From Mobula hypostoma (Eukaryota), in contig NC_086100.1 of the NCBI RefSeq assembly GCF_963921235.1, forward strand, positions 202,556,001 through 202,620,000: 64,000 bases of DNA, written 5' to 3'. The notes under the pieces are model-generated. The model saw nothing but the letters and a program-made list of their open reading frames with translations. It did not search any database and was not told the origin of the DNA. Numbering within the stretch: position 1 is the first letter of the stretch; each line of letters starts with the position of its first letter. Of this stretch, positions 45,201 to 63,200 are shown piece by piece. The position numbers were made by a program, and so were the translations under genes.

Positions 45201-48200
45201 CACTGACACCTACACAGAAACACCCTACATCCACTGACACCTACACAGAAACCCCCAGACCCACTGACACTGACACAAGAACTCCTGACACCCACTGACA
45301 CCGACACAGAAAGACCCCACAGCCACTGACACATACACAAAACACCCCACACCCACTGGCACGTACACAGAAAGACCCCACACCGACTGACACCTACACA
45401 GAAATCCCTGGACCCACTGACACCATCACAGAAACACCCCACACCCACTGATATCTACAAAGAAATACCCCACACCCGCTGACACCTACAGAGAAACACC
45501 CCACACCTACTGACATCTACACAGAAACACCCCACACTCACTGACACTGACATAGAACATTCTACACCCACTGAACCACCTACACAGAAACACCCCACAC
45601 CCACTGACACCTACACAGAAACACCCCACACCCACTGAATAACCTACACAGGAACATCCCACACCCACTGAACTACCTACACAGAAATACCCCACACCCT
45701 GTGACACCTACACAGGAACACCTCACATCCACTGACAACGACACAGAAACCCTCAGACCCACTGACACTGACACAGGAACTCCTCACACCCACTGACACC
45801 GACACAGAAAGACCCCACAGCCACTGACACGTACACAAAACACCCCACACCCACTGACACCTACAGAGAAACACCCTACACCAACTGACAAATACACAGA
45901 AACACCCCGCTCCTACTGACACCTGCACAGAAACACTCCACACCCACTGACACCTACACAGAAACACCCCACACACACTGACATCGACACAGAAACACCC
46001 CACACCCACTGACACCAACACAGATACACCCCACACCCACTGACACATACACAGAAACACCCCACACCCACTGACACCGACACACCCCACACCCACTGAC
46101 ACTGACACACCCCACACCCACTGACACCTACACAGAAACACCCCACACCCACTGACACCTACACAGATACACCCCACACCCACTGACAAATACACAGAAA
46201 CACCCCACACCCACTGACACATACACAGAAACACCCCACACCCACTGACACCGACACACCCCACACCCACTGACACCTACACAGAAACACCGCACACCCA
46301 GTGACACCGACAGAGAAACACCCCACACCCACTGACACCTACACAGATACACCCCACACCCACTGACAAATACACAGAAACACCCCGCACCCACTGAACT
46401 ACCTACACAGAAACACCCCACACCCACTGAATAACCTACGAACACCCCACACGCAATTACACCTACACAGAAACACCACACACCCACTGAACTACCTACA
46501 CAGAAATACCCCACACCCTGTGACACCTACACGGAAACACCCCACACCCACTGAACCACCTACACAAAAACAAACCACACCCACTTACACCTACACAGAA
46601 ACACCCCACACACACAGACACCTACACAAAAACACCCCACACACACTGACACCTACACAGAAACACCCTACACCCACTGACACCGACACAGAAACACCCC
46701 ACTCCCACTGACACCTACATAGAAACACCACACACCCGCTGACACCTACACAGAAACACCACACACCCACTGAACCACCTACACAGAAACACCCCACACC
46801 CACTGAACTACCTACACAGGAACATCCCACACCCACTGAACTACCTACAGAGAAACACCCCACACCCACTGACACCTAAACAGAAACACACCACACCCAC
46901 TGAACCGACAGAGAAACACCCCACATCCACTGAACCACCTATGAACACCCCACACCCAATTACACCTACACAGAAACACCACACACCTGCTGACACCTAC
47001 ACAGAAACACCCCACACCCACTGAACCACCGACACAGAAACATCCCGCACCCACTGAACTACCTACACAGAAACACCCCACAGCCTGTGACACCTACAGA
47101 GAAACACCCCACACCCACTGACACATACACAGAAACACCCCACACCCACTGACACCTACACGGAAACACCCCACACCCACTGAACCACCTACACAAAAAC
47201 ACACCACACCCACTTATACCTACACAGAAACACCCCACACCAACTGACACCTGCACAGAACACCCCGCACCCACTGACACCTACAGAAAAACACCCCACA
47301 CCCACTGACAAATAAACAGAAACACCCCACACCCACTGAACTACCTACACAGAAATACCCCACACCCACTGACACCTACACAGAAATACCCCACACCCAC
47401 TGACACCTACACAGAAACACCCTACACCCACTGACACCGACACAGTAACACCCCACTCCCACTGCGAAATACACAGAAACACCCCACATCCACTGAACTA
47501 CCAACACAGAAACACCCCACACCCACTGAACTACCTACACAGAAACACCCCACACCCACTGAACCACTTACACAGAAACTCCCCACACCCACTGTATCAC
47601 TTACACAGAAACACCCCATACCCACTGAACTACAGACACAGAAATATCCCACACCCTGTCACAACTACACAGAAACAACCCACACCCACTGACACCTACA
47701 CAGAAACACCCCACACCCACTGACAAATACACAGAAACACCCCACACCGACTGAACCACCTACACAGAAACATCCCATACCCACTGAACCGACACAGAAA
47801 CACCCCACACCCACTGAACCACCTATAAACACCCCACACCCAATTACACCTACACAGAAATACCCCACACCCACTGACACCTGCACAGACCACCCCACAC
47901 CCACTGACAAATAAACAGAAACACCCCACACCCACTGAACTACCTACACAGAAATACCCCACACCCACTGACACCTACACAGAAACACCCCACACCCACT
48001 GACACCTACACAGAAACACCCCACACCCACTGAACCACCTACACAGAAACACATGACCACCCACTGACACCTATACAGAAACACCCCACACCCACTGAAC
48101 CACCTACACAGGAACACACCACACCCAATTACACCTACACAGAAACACCACACACACACTTATACCTACACAGAAACACCCCACACCCACTGACACCTGC

Positions 48201-51200
48201 ACAGAACACCCCGCACCCACTGACACCTACAGAAAAACACCCCACACCCACTGACAAATAAACAGAAACACCCCACACCCACTGACACCTACACAGAAAC
48301 ACCCCACACCCACTGAACTACCTACACAGAAACACCCCACACCCACTGAACTACCTACACAGAAATACCCCACACCCACTGAACCACCGACACAGAAACA
48401 CCCCGCACCCAGTGACACCTAAACAGAAACATCCCACACCCACTGATCTCTACACAGAAACACCCCACACCTACTGACAAACACACAGAAACACCCCACA
48501 CACACTGGCACCTGCACCGAAAGACCACACACCCACTGAACACCTGACACAGAAAAACACGACACCCACTGTCACCTACAGAGAAACACCCCACAACCAC
48601 TGACACCTACAGAGAAACACCCCACACCCACTGACAAATACACAGAAACACCCCGCACCCACTGATACCTACACAGAAACACCCTACACCCACTGACAAA
48701 TACACAGAAACACCCCACACACACTGACACCTGCACAGAAACACCCCACAACTTACAAATACACAGAAACACCCCACACCCACTGACACCTACACAGAAA
48801 CACCCTACACCCACTGACACCGACACAGAAACACCCCACACCCACAGAACCACTTACACAGAAACACCCCACACCCACTGAACTACCTACACAGAAACAC
48901 CCCACACCCACTGAACCACGTACACAGAAACTCCCCACACCCACTGTATCACTTACACAGAAACACCCCATACCCACTGACAAATACACAGAAACACCCC
49001 ACACCGACTGAACCACCTACACAGAAACACCCCACACACACTGACACCTAAACAGAAACATCCCATACCCACTGAACCGACACAGAAACACCCCACAACC
49101 ACTGAACCACCTATAAACACCCCACACCCAATTACACCTACACAGAAACACCACACACCCGCTGACACCTACACAGAAACACCCCACACCCACTGAACCA
49201 CCTACACAGAAACACACCACACCCACTGACACCTACACAGAAACACACCACACCCACTGAACCGACAAGAAACACCCCACATCCACTGAACCACCTATGA
49301 ACACCCCACACCCAACTACACCTACACAGAAACACCACACACCCACTTATACCTACACAGAAACACACGACACCCACTGACACCTGCACAGAACACCCCG
49401 CACCCACTGATACCTACACAGAAACACCCTACACCCACTGACAAATACACAGAAACACCCCACACACACTGACACCTGCACAGAAACACCCCACAACTTA
49501 CAAATACACAGAAACACCCCACACCCACTGACACCTACACAGAAACACCCTACACCCACTGACACCGACACAGAAACACCCCACACCCACAGAACCACTT
49601 ACACAGAAACACCCCACACCCACTGAACTACCTACATGAAACACCCCACACCCACTGAACCACTTACACAGAAACTCCCCACACCCACTGTATCACTTAC
49701 ACAGAAACACCCCATACCCACTGACAAATACACAGAAACACCCCACACCGACTGAACCACCTACACAGAAACACCCCACACCCACTGACACCTAAACAGA
49801 AACATCCCATACCCACTGAACCGACACAGAAACACCCCACAACCACTGAACCACCTATAAACACCCCACACCCAATTACACCTACACAGAAACACCACAC
49901 ACCCGCTGACACCTACACAGAAACACCCCACACCCACTGAACCACCTACACAGAAACACACCACACCCACTGACACCTACACAGAAACACACCACACCCA
50001 CTGAACCGACAAGAAACACCCCACATCCACTGAACCACCTATGAACACCCCACACCCAACTACACCTACACAGAAACACCACACACCCACTGAACTACCT
50101 ACACAGAAATACCCCACACCCACTGAACCGCCGACACAGAAACACCCCGCACCCAGTGACACCTAAACAGAAACATCCCACACCCACTGATCTCTACACA
50201 GAAACACCCCACACCTACTGACAAATACACAGAAACACCCCACACACACTGGCACCTGCACCGAAAGACCACACACCCACTGAACACCTGACACAGAAAA
50301 ACACGACACCCACTGTCACCTACAGAGAAACACCCCACAACCACTGACACCTACAGAGAAACACCCCACACCCACTGACAAATACACAGAAACACCCCAC
50401 ACACACTGGCACCTGCACCGAAAGACCACACACCCACTGAACACCTGACACAGAAAAACACGACACCCACTGTCACCTACAGAGAAACACCCCACAACCA
50501 CTGACACCTACAGAGAAACACCCCACACCCACAGACAAATACACAGAAACACCCCGCACCCACTGATACCAACACAGAAACACCCTACACCCACTGACAA
50601 ATACACAGAAACACCCCACACCCACTGAACCACCGACACAGAAACACCCCGCACCCAGTGACACCTAAACAGAAACATCCCACACCCACTGATCTCTACA
50701 CAGAAACACCCCACACCTACTGACAAATACACAGAAACACCCCACACACACTGGCACCTGCACCGAAAGACCACACACCCACTGAACACCTGACACAGAA
50801 AAACACGACACCCACTGTCACCTACAGAGAAACACCCCACAACCACTGACACCTACAGAGAAACACCCCACACCCACTGACAAATACACAGAAACACCCC
50901 GCACCCACTGATACCTACACAGAAACACCCTACACCCACTGACAAATACACAGAAACACCCCACACACACTGACACCTGCACAGAAACACCCCACAACTT
51001 ACAAATACACAGAAACACCCCACACCCACTGACACCTACACAGAAACACCCTACACCCACTGACACCGACACAGAAACACCCCACACCCACAGAACCACT
51101 TACACAGAAACACCCCACACACACTGAACTACCTACACAGAAACACCCCACACCCACTGAACCACTTACACAGAAACTCCCCACACCCACTGTATCACTT

Positions 51201-54200
51201 ACACAGAAACACCCCATACCCACTGACAAATACACAGAAACACCCCACACCGACTGAACCACCTACACAGAAACACCCCACACACACTGACACCTAAACA
51301 GAAACATCCCATACCCACTGAACCGACACAGAAACACCCCACACCCACTGAACCACCGACACAGAAACAGCCTGCTACCAATGACACCTACACAGAAAAA
51401 CCCCACACCCACTGACACCTACACAGATACAGCCCACACTGACACCAACACAGAAACACCCCACAGCCACTGACACCTACATAGAAACACCCCACACCCA
51501 CTGACACTTTCACAGAACACCCCACAGCCACTGACAAATACACAGAAACACCCCACACCCACTGAATCACCTACACAGAAACACCCCACACCCACTGAAC
51601 CACTTACACAGAAACACCCCACACCCACTGAACTACCTACACAGAAACACCCCACACCCACTGAACCACCTACACAGAAACACCCCACACCCACTGAACC
51701 ACCTACACAGAAACACCCCACACCCACTGAACCACCTACACAGAAACACCCCACACCCACTGAACCACCTGCACAGAAACACCCCACACCCACTGAACCA
51801 CCTACACAGAAACACCCCACACCCACTGACACCTACACAGAAACACACCACACCCACTGAACTACCTACACAGAAATACCCCACACCCACTGACACCTAC
51901 ACAGAAACACCCCACACCCACTGACACCTACACAGAAACACCCCACACCCACTGAATAACCTACACAGGAACATCCCACACCCACTGAACTACCTACACA
52001 GAAATACCCCACACCCTGTGACACCTACACAGAAACACCCCACATCCACTGACAACGACACAGAAACCCTCAGACCCACTGACACTGACACAGGAACTCC
52101 TCACACCCACTGACACCGACACAGAAAGACCCCACAGCCACTGACACGTACACAAAACACCCCTCACCCACATACACAGAAACAGCCCACACCCACAGAC
52201 ACCTACAGAGAAACACCCTACACCCACTGACAAATACACAGAAACACCCCGCTCCTACTGACACCTGCACAGAAACACCCCACACACACTGAACCAGCAA
52301 CACAGAAATACCCCACACCAACTCAACTACCTACACCGAAACACCCCACACCCACTGAACCACCAACACAGAAACACCCCGCATCAACTGACCCCTTCAC
52401 AGAAACACCCCACACCCACTCACACCTACACAGAAACACCCCACACCCACTGAACTACCTACACAGAAACACCCCACACCCACTGAAAAACCTACACAGG
52501 AACATCCCACACCCACTGAACTACCTACACAGAAATACTCCACACCCTGTCACACCTACACAGAAACACCCCACATCCACTGACAACGACACAGAAACCC
52601 TCAGACCCACTGACACTGACACAGAAAGGCCCCACAGCCACTGACACGTACACATAACACCCCAGACCCACATACACAGAAACAGCCCACACCCACTGAT
52701 TCCTGCACAGAAAGACCCCAAACCCACCGACTCTACTCAGAAACAACCCGCACCCACGGACGCCTACACGGAAACAGCCAGCACCCACTGACACCTACAG
52801 AGAAACACCCTACACCCACTGACAAATACACAGAAACACCCCACACCCACTGACACCTACACAGAAACACCCTACACCCACTGAATAACCTACACAGGAA
52901 CATCCCACACCCACTGAACTACCTATACAGAAATACCCGACACCCTGTGACACCTACACAGAAACACCCCACATCTACTGACAACGACACAGAAACCCTC
53001 AGACCCACTGACACTGACACAGGAACTCCTCACACCCACTGATTCCTACACAGAAAGACCCAACAGCCACTGACACGTACACATAACACCCCAGACCCAC
53101 ATACACCGAAACAGCCCACACCCACTGATTCCTACACAGAAAGACCCCATACCCACAGACTCTACTCAGAAAAACCCCGCACCCACGGACACCTACACAG
53201 AAACAGCCAGCACCCACTGACAAATACACAGAAACACCCCACACCCACTGAACCAGCAAGACAGAAATACCCCACACACACTCAGCTACCTACACAGAAA
53301 CACCCCACACCCACTGAACCACCAACACAGAAACACCCCGCACCCACTGACTCCTACACAGAAACATCCCACAGCCACTGAACCACCAACACAGAAACAC
53401 CCCACACCCACTGACACCTACACAGAAACACCCCACACCCACTGACACCTACACAGAAACACCCCACACCCACTGAACCACCGACACAGAAACAGCCTGC
53501 AACCAATGACACCTACACAGAAAAACCCCACACCCACTGACACCTACACAGATACAGCCCACACTGACACCAACACAGAAACACCCCACAGCCACTGACA
53601 CCTACATAGAAACACCCCACACCCACTGACACATTCACAGAACACCCCACAGCCACTGACAAATACACAGAAACACCCCACACCCACTGAATCACCTACA
53701 CAGAAACACCCCACACCCACTGAACCACTTACACAGAAACACCCCACACCCACTGAACTACCTACACAGAAACACCCCACACCCACTGAACTACCTACAC
53801 AGAAACACCACACACCCACTGAACCACCTACACAGAAACACCCCACACCCACTGAACTACCTACACAGAAACACTCCACACCCACTGAACCACCTACACA
53901 GAAACACCCCACACCCACTGACACCTACACAGAAACACCCCACACCCACTGAACTACCTACACAGAAATACCCCACACCCACTGACACCTACACAGAAAC
54001 ACCCCACACCCACTGAATAACCTACACAGGAACATCCCACACCCACTGAACTACCTACACAGAAATACCCCACACCCTGTGACACCTACACAGAAACACC
54101 CCACATCCACTGACAACGACACAGAAACCCTCAGACCCACTGACACTGACACAGGAACTCCTCACACCCACTGACACCGACACAGAAAGACCCCACAGCC

Positions 54201-57200
54201 ACTGACACGTACACAAAACACCCCACACCCACATACACAGAAACAGCCCATACCCACAGACACCTACAGAGAAACACCCTACACCCACTGACAAATACAC
54301 AGAAACACCCCGCTCCTACTGACACCTGCACAGAAACACTCCACACCCACTGACACCTACACAGAATCACCGCACACACACTGAACCAGCAACACAGAAA
54401 TACCCCACACCCACTCAACTACCTACACCGAAACACCCCACACCCACTGAACTACCAACACAGAAACACCCCGCATCAACTGACCCCTTCACAGAAACAC
54501 CCCACACCCACTCACACCTACACAGAAACACCCCACACCCATTGAACTACCTACACAGAAACACCCCACACCCACTGAACTACCTACACAGGAACATCCC
54601 ACACCCACTGAACTACCAACACAGAAACACCCCACATCCACTGACAACGACACAGAAACCCTCAGACCCACTGACACTGACACAGGAACTCCTCACACCT
54701 ACTGACACCGACACAGAAAGGCCCCACAGCAATTGACACGTACACATAACACCCCACACCCACATACACAGAAACAGCCCACACCCACTGATTCCTACAC
54801 AGAAAGACCCCAAACCCACCGACTCTACTCAGAAACAACCCGCACCCACGGACGCCTACACGGAAACAGCCAGCACCCACTGACACCTACAGAGAAACAC
54901 CCTACACCCACTGACAAATACACAGAAACACCCCACACCCACTGACACCTACACAGAAACACCCTACACCCACTGACAAATACACAGGAACATCCCACAC
55001 CCACTGAACTACCTACACAGAAATACCCCACACCATGTGACACCTACAAAGAAACACCCCACATCTACTGACAACGACACAGAAACCCTCAGACCCACTG
55101 ACACTGACACAGGAACTCCTCACACCCACTGATTCCTACACAGAAAGACCCCATACCCACCGACTCTACTCAGAAACACCCCGCACCCACGGACACCTAC
55201 ACAGAAACAGCCAGCACCCACTGACAAATACACAGAAACACCCCACACCCACTGAACCAGCAAGACAGAAATACCCCACACACACTCAGCTACCTACACA
55301 GAAACACCCCAGACCCACTGAACCACCAACACAGAAACACCCCGCACCCACTGACTCCTACACAGAAACACCCCACAGCCACTGAACCACCAACACAGAA
55401 ACACCCCACACCCACTGACACCTACACAGAAACACCCCACACCCACTGACACCTACACAGAAACACCCCACAGCCACTGAACCACCAACACAGAAACACC
55501 CCACACCCACTGACACCTACACAGAAACACCCCACACCCACTGACACCTACACAGAAACACCCCACACCCACTGACACCTACACAGAAACACCCCACAGC
55601 CACTGAACCACCAACACAGAAACACCCCACACCCACTGACACCTACACAGAAACACCCCACAGCCACTGACACCTACACAGAAACACCCCACACCCACTG
55701 ACACCTACACAGAAACACCCCACAGCCACTGAACCACCAACAGAGAAACACCCCACACCCACTGAACCACCGACACAGAAACAGCCTGCAACCAATGACA
55801 CCTACAAAGAAAAACCCCACACCCACTGACACCTACACAGATACAGCCCACACTGACACCAACACAGAAACACCCCACAGCCACTGACACCTACATAGAA
55901 ACACCCCACACCCACTGACACTTTCACAGAACACCCCACAGCCACTGACAAATACACAGAACACCCCACACCCACTGACAAATACACAGAAACACCCCAC
56001 ACCCACTGACACTTTCACAGAACACCCCACAGCCACTGACAAATACACAGAACACCCCACACCCACTGACAAATACACAGAAACACCCCACACCCACTGA
56101 CACCTACACAGAAACACCCCACACCCACTGACACCTACACAGGAACATCCCACACCCACTGAACTACCTACACAGAAATACCCCACACCCTGTTACACCT
56201 ACACAGAAACACCCCACATCCACTGACAACAACACAGAAACCCTCAGACCCACTGACACTGACACAGGAACTCCTCACACCCACTGACACCGACACAGAA
56301 AGACCCCACAGCCACTGACACGTACACAAAACACCCCACACCCACATACACAGAAACAGCCCACACCCACTGACACCTACAGAGAAACACCCTACACCCA
56401 CTGACAAATACACAGAAGCACCCCGCTCCTACTGACACCTGCACAGAAACACTCCACACCCACTGACACCTACACAGAAACACCCCACACACACTGAACC
56501 AGCAACACAGAAATACCCCACACCCACTCAACTACCTACACCGAAACACCCCACACCCACTGAACCACCAACACAGAAACACCCCGCATCTACTGACCCC
56601 TTCACAGAAACACCCCACACCCACTGAACTACCTACACAGAAACACCCCACACCCACTGACACCTGCACAGAAACACCCCACACCCACTGAATAACCTAC
56701 ACAGGAACATCCCACACCCACTGAACTACCTACACAGAAATACCCCACACCCTGTGACACCTACACAGAAACACCCCACATCCACTGACAACGACACAGA
56801 AACCCTTAGACCCACTGACACTGACACAGGAACTCCTCACACCCACTGACACCGACACAGAAAGGCCCCACAGCCACTGACACGTACGCATAACACCCCA
56901 CACCCACATACACAGAAACAGCCCACACCCACTGATTCCTACACAGAAAGACCCCAAACCCACCGACTCTACTCAGAAACAACCCGCACCCACGGACGCC
57001 TACACAGAAACAGCCAGCACCCACTGACACCTACAGAGAAACACCCTACACCCACTGACAAATACACAGAAACACCCCACACCCACTGACACCTACACAG
57101 AAACACCCTATACCTACTGAATAACCAACACAGGACCATCCCACACCCACTGAACTACCTATACAGAAATACCCGACACCCTGTGACACCTACACAGAAA

Positions 57201-60200
57201 CACCCCACATCTACTGACAACGACACAGAAACCCTCAGACCCACTGACACTGACACAGGAACTCCTCACACCCACTGATTCCTACACAGAAAGACCCCAT
57301 ACCCACCGACTCTACTCAGAAACACACCGCACCCACGGACACCTACACAGAAACAGCCAGCACCCACTGACAAATACACAGAAACACCCCACACCCACTG
57401 AACCAGCAAGACAGAAATACCCCACACACACTCAGCTACCTACACAGAAACACCCCACAGCCTGTGACACCTACACAGAAACACCCCACAGCCACTGAAC
57501 CACCAACACAGAAACACCCCACACCCACTGACACCTACACAGAAACACCCCACACCCACTGACACCTACACAGAAACACCCCACACCCACTGAACCACCA
57601 ACACAGAAACACCCCGCACCCACTGACTCCTACACAGAAACACCCCACACCCACTGAACCACCAACACAGAAACACCCCACACCCACTGACACCTACACA
57701 GAAACACCCCACACCCACTGACACCTACACAGAAACACCCCACAGCCACTGAACCACCAATACAGAAACACCCCACACCCACTGACACCTACACAGAAAC
57801 ACCCCACACCCACTGACACCTACACAGAAACAACCCACACCCACTGAACCACCGACACAGAAACAGCCTGCAACCAATGACACCTACACAGAAAAACCCC
57901 ACACCCACTGACACCTACACAGATACAGCCCACACTGACACCAACACAGAAACACCCCACAGCCACTGACACCTACATAGAAACACACCACACCCACTGA
58001 CACTTTCACAGAACACCCCACAGCCACTGACAAATACACAGAACACCCCACACCCACTGAATCACCAACACAGAAACACCCCACACCCACTGAATCACCT
58101 ACACAGAAACACCCCACACCCACTGAACTACCTACACAGAAACACCCCAAACCCACTGACAACGACACAGAAACCCTTAGACCCACTGACACTGACACAG
58201 GAACTCCTCACACCCACTGAACTACCTACACAGAAATACCCCACACCCACTGACACCTACACAGAAACACCCCACACCCACTGAACTACCTACACAGAAA
58301 TACCCCACACCCACTGACACCTACACAGGAACATCCCACACCCACTGAACTACCTACACAGAAATACCCCACACCCTGTGACACCTACACTGAAACACCC
58401 CACATCCACTGACAACAACACAGAAACCCTCAGACCCACTGACACTGACACAGGAACTCCTCACACCCACTGACACCGACACAGAAAGACCCTACAGCCA
58501 CTGACACGTACACATAACACCCCAGACCCACATACACTGAAACAGCCCACACCCACTGATTCCTACACAGAAAGACCCCATACCCACCGACTCTACTCAG
58601 AAACACCCCGCACCCACGGACACCTACACAGAAACAGCCAGCACCCACTGACAAATACACAGAAACACCCCACACCCACTGAACCACCAACACAGAAACA
58701 GCCCGCACCCACTGACTCCTACACAGAAACACCCCACACCCACTCACACCTACACAGAAACACCCCACACCCACTGACACCTACACAGAACACCCCACAC
58801 ACATTGAACCAAATACACAGAAACACCCCACACCCACTGAACCACCTACACAGAAACACCCCACACCCACTAACACCTACACAGAAAGACCCCACAGCCA
58901 CTGACACCTACACAGAAACACCCCACACCCACTGAACCACCAACACAGAAACACCCCACACCCACTGACACCTATACAGAAACACCCCACACCCACTGAA
59001 CCACCGACACAGAAACACCCTGCAACCACTGACACCTACACAGAAAAACCCCACACCCACTGACACCTACACAGATACACCCCACACTGACACCTACACA
59101 GAAACACCCCGCACCAACTGACACCTACATAGAAACACCCCACACCCACTGACACTTTCACAGAACACCCCACAGCCACTGACAAATACACAGAACACCG
59201 CACACCCACTGACAAATACATAGAAACACCCCACACCCACTGAACCACCTACACAGAAACACCCCACACCCACTAACACCTACACAGAAACACCCAACAC
59301 CCACTGAACCACTTACACAGAAACACCCCACACCCACTTGCACCTACACAGAAACACCCCACACCCACTGACACCGACACAGAAACACTCCACACCCACT
59401 GACACCTATTCAGAAACACCGCACACCCACGGAACCACTTATACAGAAACACCCCATACCCTCTGACAAATACACAGAAACACCCCACACCCACTGAGCC
59501 ACCTACACAGAAACACCCCACACCCACTAACACCTACACAGAAACACCCAACATCCACTGAACCACTTACACAGAAACACCCCACACCCACTTGCACCTA
59601 CACAGAAACACCCCACACCCACTGACACCGACACAGAAACACCCCACACCCACTGACTCCTACTCAGAAAGACCCCACAGCCACTGACACCTACACATAA
59701 ACACCCCACACCCACTGACTCCTACTCAGAAACACCCCACACCCACTGACACCTACACATAAACACCCCACACCCACTGACTCCTACTCAGAAACACCCC
59801 ACACCCACTGAACCACCTACACAGAAACACCCCACACCCACTGAGACCTACAGAAACACCCCACACCCACTGAACCACCTATGAACACCCCACACCCAAT
59901 TACACGGACACAGAAACGCCACACACCCGCTGACACCTACACAGAAACACCCCACACGCATTGACAGATACACAGAAACACCCCACACCCACTGAACCAC
60001 CTACACAGAAACACCCCACACCCACTGAACTACCTACACAGAAACACCCCACACCCACTGACACCTACACAGAAAAACCCCACATCCACTGACAAATACA
60101 CAGAAACACCCCACACCCACTGAACCACTTACACAGAAACACCCCACACCCACTGACACCTACACAGAAACACCCCACACCCACTGACACCGACACAGAA

Positions 60201-63200
60201 ACACTCCACACCCACTGACACCTATTCAGAAACACCCCACACCCACGGAACCACTTATACGGAAACACCCCATACCCTCTGACAAATACACAGAAACACC
60301 CCACACCCACTGAGCCACCTACACAGAAACACCCCACACCCACTAACACCTACACAGAAACACCCAACATCCACTGAACCACTTACACAGAAACACCCCA
60401 CACCCACTTGCACCTACACAGAAACACCCAACATCCACTGAACCACTTACACAGAAACACCCCACACCCACTTGCACCTACACAGAAACACCCCACACCC
60501 ACTGACACCGACACAGAAACACCCCACACCCACTGACACCGACACAGAAACACCCCACACCCACTGACTCCTACTCAGAAACACCCCACACCCACTGAAC
60601 CACCTACACAGTAACACCCCGTACCCACTGACACCTACACAGAAACACCCCACACCCATTGAACCACTTACACAGAAACACCTCACACTGACTTACAGCC
60701 ACACAGAAACACCCCACACCCACTGACACCTACACAGAAACAACCCACACCGACTGACACCTACACAGAACACCGCACACCGACTGACAGATACACTGAA
60801 ACACCCCACACCCACTGACACCTTGACAGAAACACACCACACCCACTGACACCTACACAGAACACCCCACACCGACTGACAAATACACAGAAACACCCCA
60901 AACCAACTAAACCATCTACACAGAAACACCCCAAACCCACTGACACCTACACAGAAACACCCCACACCTACTGACACCTACACAGAAACAGCCCACAACC
61001 ACTGACACCTACACAGAAACATCCTTCACCCACTAACAAATACACAGAAACACCCGACACCCACTGACACCTACACAGAAACACCCCAAACACACTGACA
61101 AATAAACAGAAACTCCCTGCTCCCACTGACACCTACACAGAAACACACCACACCCACTGACACCTACATAGAACATCCCACACCCACTGAACCACCTACA
61201 CAGTAACACCCCACACCCACTGACACCTACACAGAAACACCCACATCCACTGACAAATACACAGAAACACCCCACACCCACTGAACCACTTACAAAGAAA
61301 CACCCCACACCCACTGAAACCTACACAGAAACACCCCACACCCACTGACACCTACACAGAATACCGCACACCCACTGAACCATCTACGAACACCCCAGAC
61401 ACAATTACACCTGCACAGAAACACCACACACCCACTGAACCACTTACACAGAAACACCCCACACCCACTGACACCTACACAGAAACACCCCACACCCACT
61501 GAACCACCTACACAGAAACACCCCACACCCACTGACACCTACACAGAAACACCCCACATCCACTAACACCTACACAGAACACCCCACACCCACTGACAAA
61601 TACACAGAAAAACCCCACACCCACTGAACTACCTACACAGAAACACCCCACACCCACTGAACCACCAACACATTAACACCCCACACCCACTGAACTACCT
61701 ACACAGAAACACCCCACACCCACTGAACCACCGACACAGAAACACCCAACACCCACTGAACCACCGACACAGAAACACCACACACCCACTGACACCGACA
61801 GAGAAACACCCCACACCCACTGATACGACACAGAAACACCCCGCACCCACTGACACATACACAGAAAGACCCCACACCCACTGAACCACCTACAGAGAAA
61901 CACCCCATACCCACAGAACCACCTATGAACACCCCACACCCAATTACACCTACACAGAAACGCCAAACACCCACTGACACCTACACAGAAATTCCCCACA
62001 CCCACTGAACAACCGACACAGAAACACCCCACACCCACTGATACCGACGCAGAAACACCTCACACCCACTGACACCTACACAGAAACACCCCGCACCCAC
62101 TGACACATACACAGAAAGACCCCACACCCACTGAACCACCTACAGAGAAACACCCCATACCCACAGAACCACCTATGAACACCGCACACCCAATTACACC
62201 TACACAGAAACGCCAAACACCCACTGACACCTACACAGAAATACCCCACACCCACTGAACAACCGACACAGAAACACCCCACACCCACTGATACCGACAC
62301 AGAAATCCCCAGACCCACTGACACCGACACAGAAACACCTCACACCCACTGACACCTATTCAGAAACACCCCACACCCACGGAACCACTTATACAGAAAC
62401 ACCCCATACCCTCTGACAAGTACACAGAAACACCCCACACCCACTGAACCACTGACACAGAAACACCCCGTACCCACTGACACCTACACAGAAACACCCA
62501 CATCCACTGACAAATACACAGAAACACCCAACACCCACTGAACCACTTACAAAGAAACACCCCACACCCACTGAACCACCTACACAGAAACACCCCACAC
62601 GCAGTGAACCATCTACGAACACCCCAGACACAATTACACCTGCACAGAAATACCCCACACCCACTGAACCACTTACACAGAAACACCCCACACCCACTGA
62701 CACCTACACTGAAACACCCCACACCCACTGAACCACCTACACAGAAACACCCCACACCCACTGACACCTACACAGAAACACCCCACATCCACTGACACCT
62801 ACACAGAACACCTCACACCCACCGACAGATACACAGAAACATCCCACACCCACTGACAAATACACAGAAACACCCCACACCCACTGAACTACCTACACAG
62901 AAACACCCCACACCCACTGAACCACCGACACAGAAACACCCCACACCCACTGACACCTACACAGAAACACCCCGCACCCACTGACACATACACAGAAAGA
63001 CCCCACACCCACTGAACCACCTACAGAGAAACACCCCATACCCATAGAACCACCTATGAACACCCCACACCCAATTACACCTACACAGAAACGCCAAACA
63101 CCCACTGACACCTACAGAGAAATACCCCAGACCCGCTGAACAACCGACACAGAAACACCCCACACCCACTGATACCGACACAGAAACACCTCACACCCAC

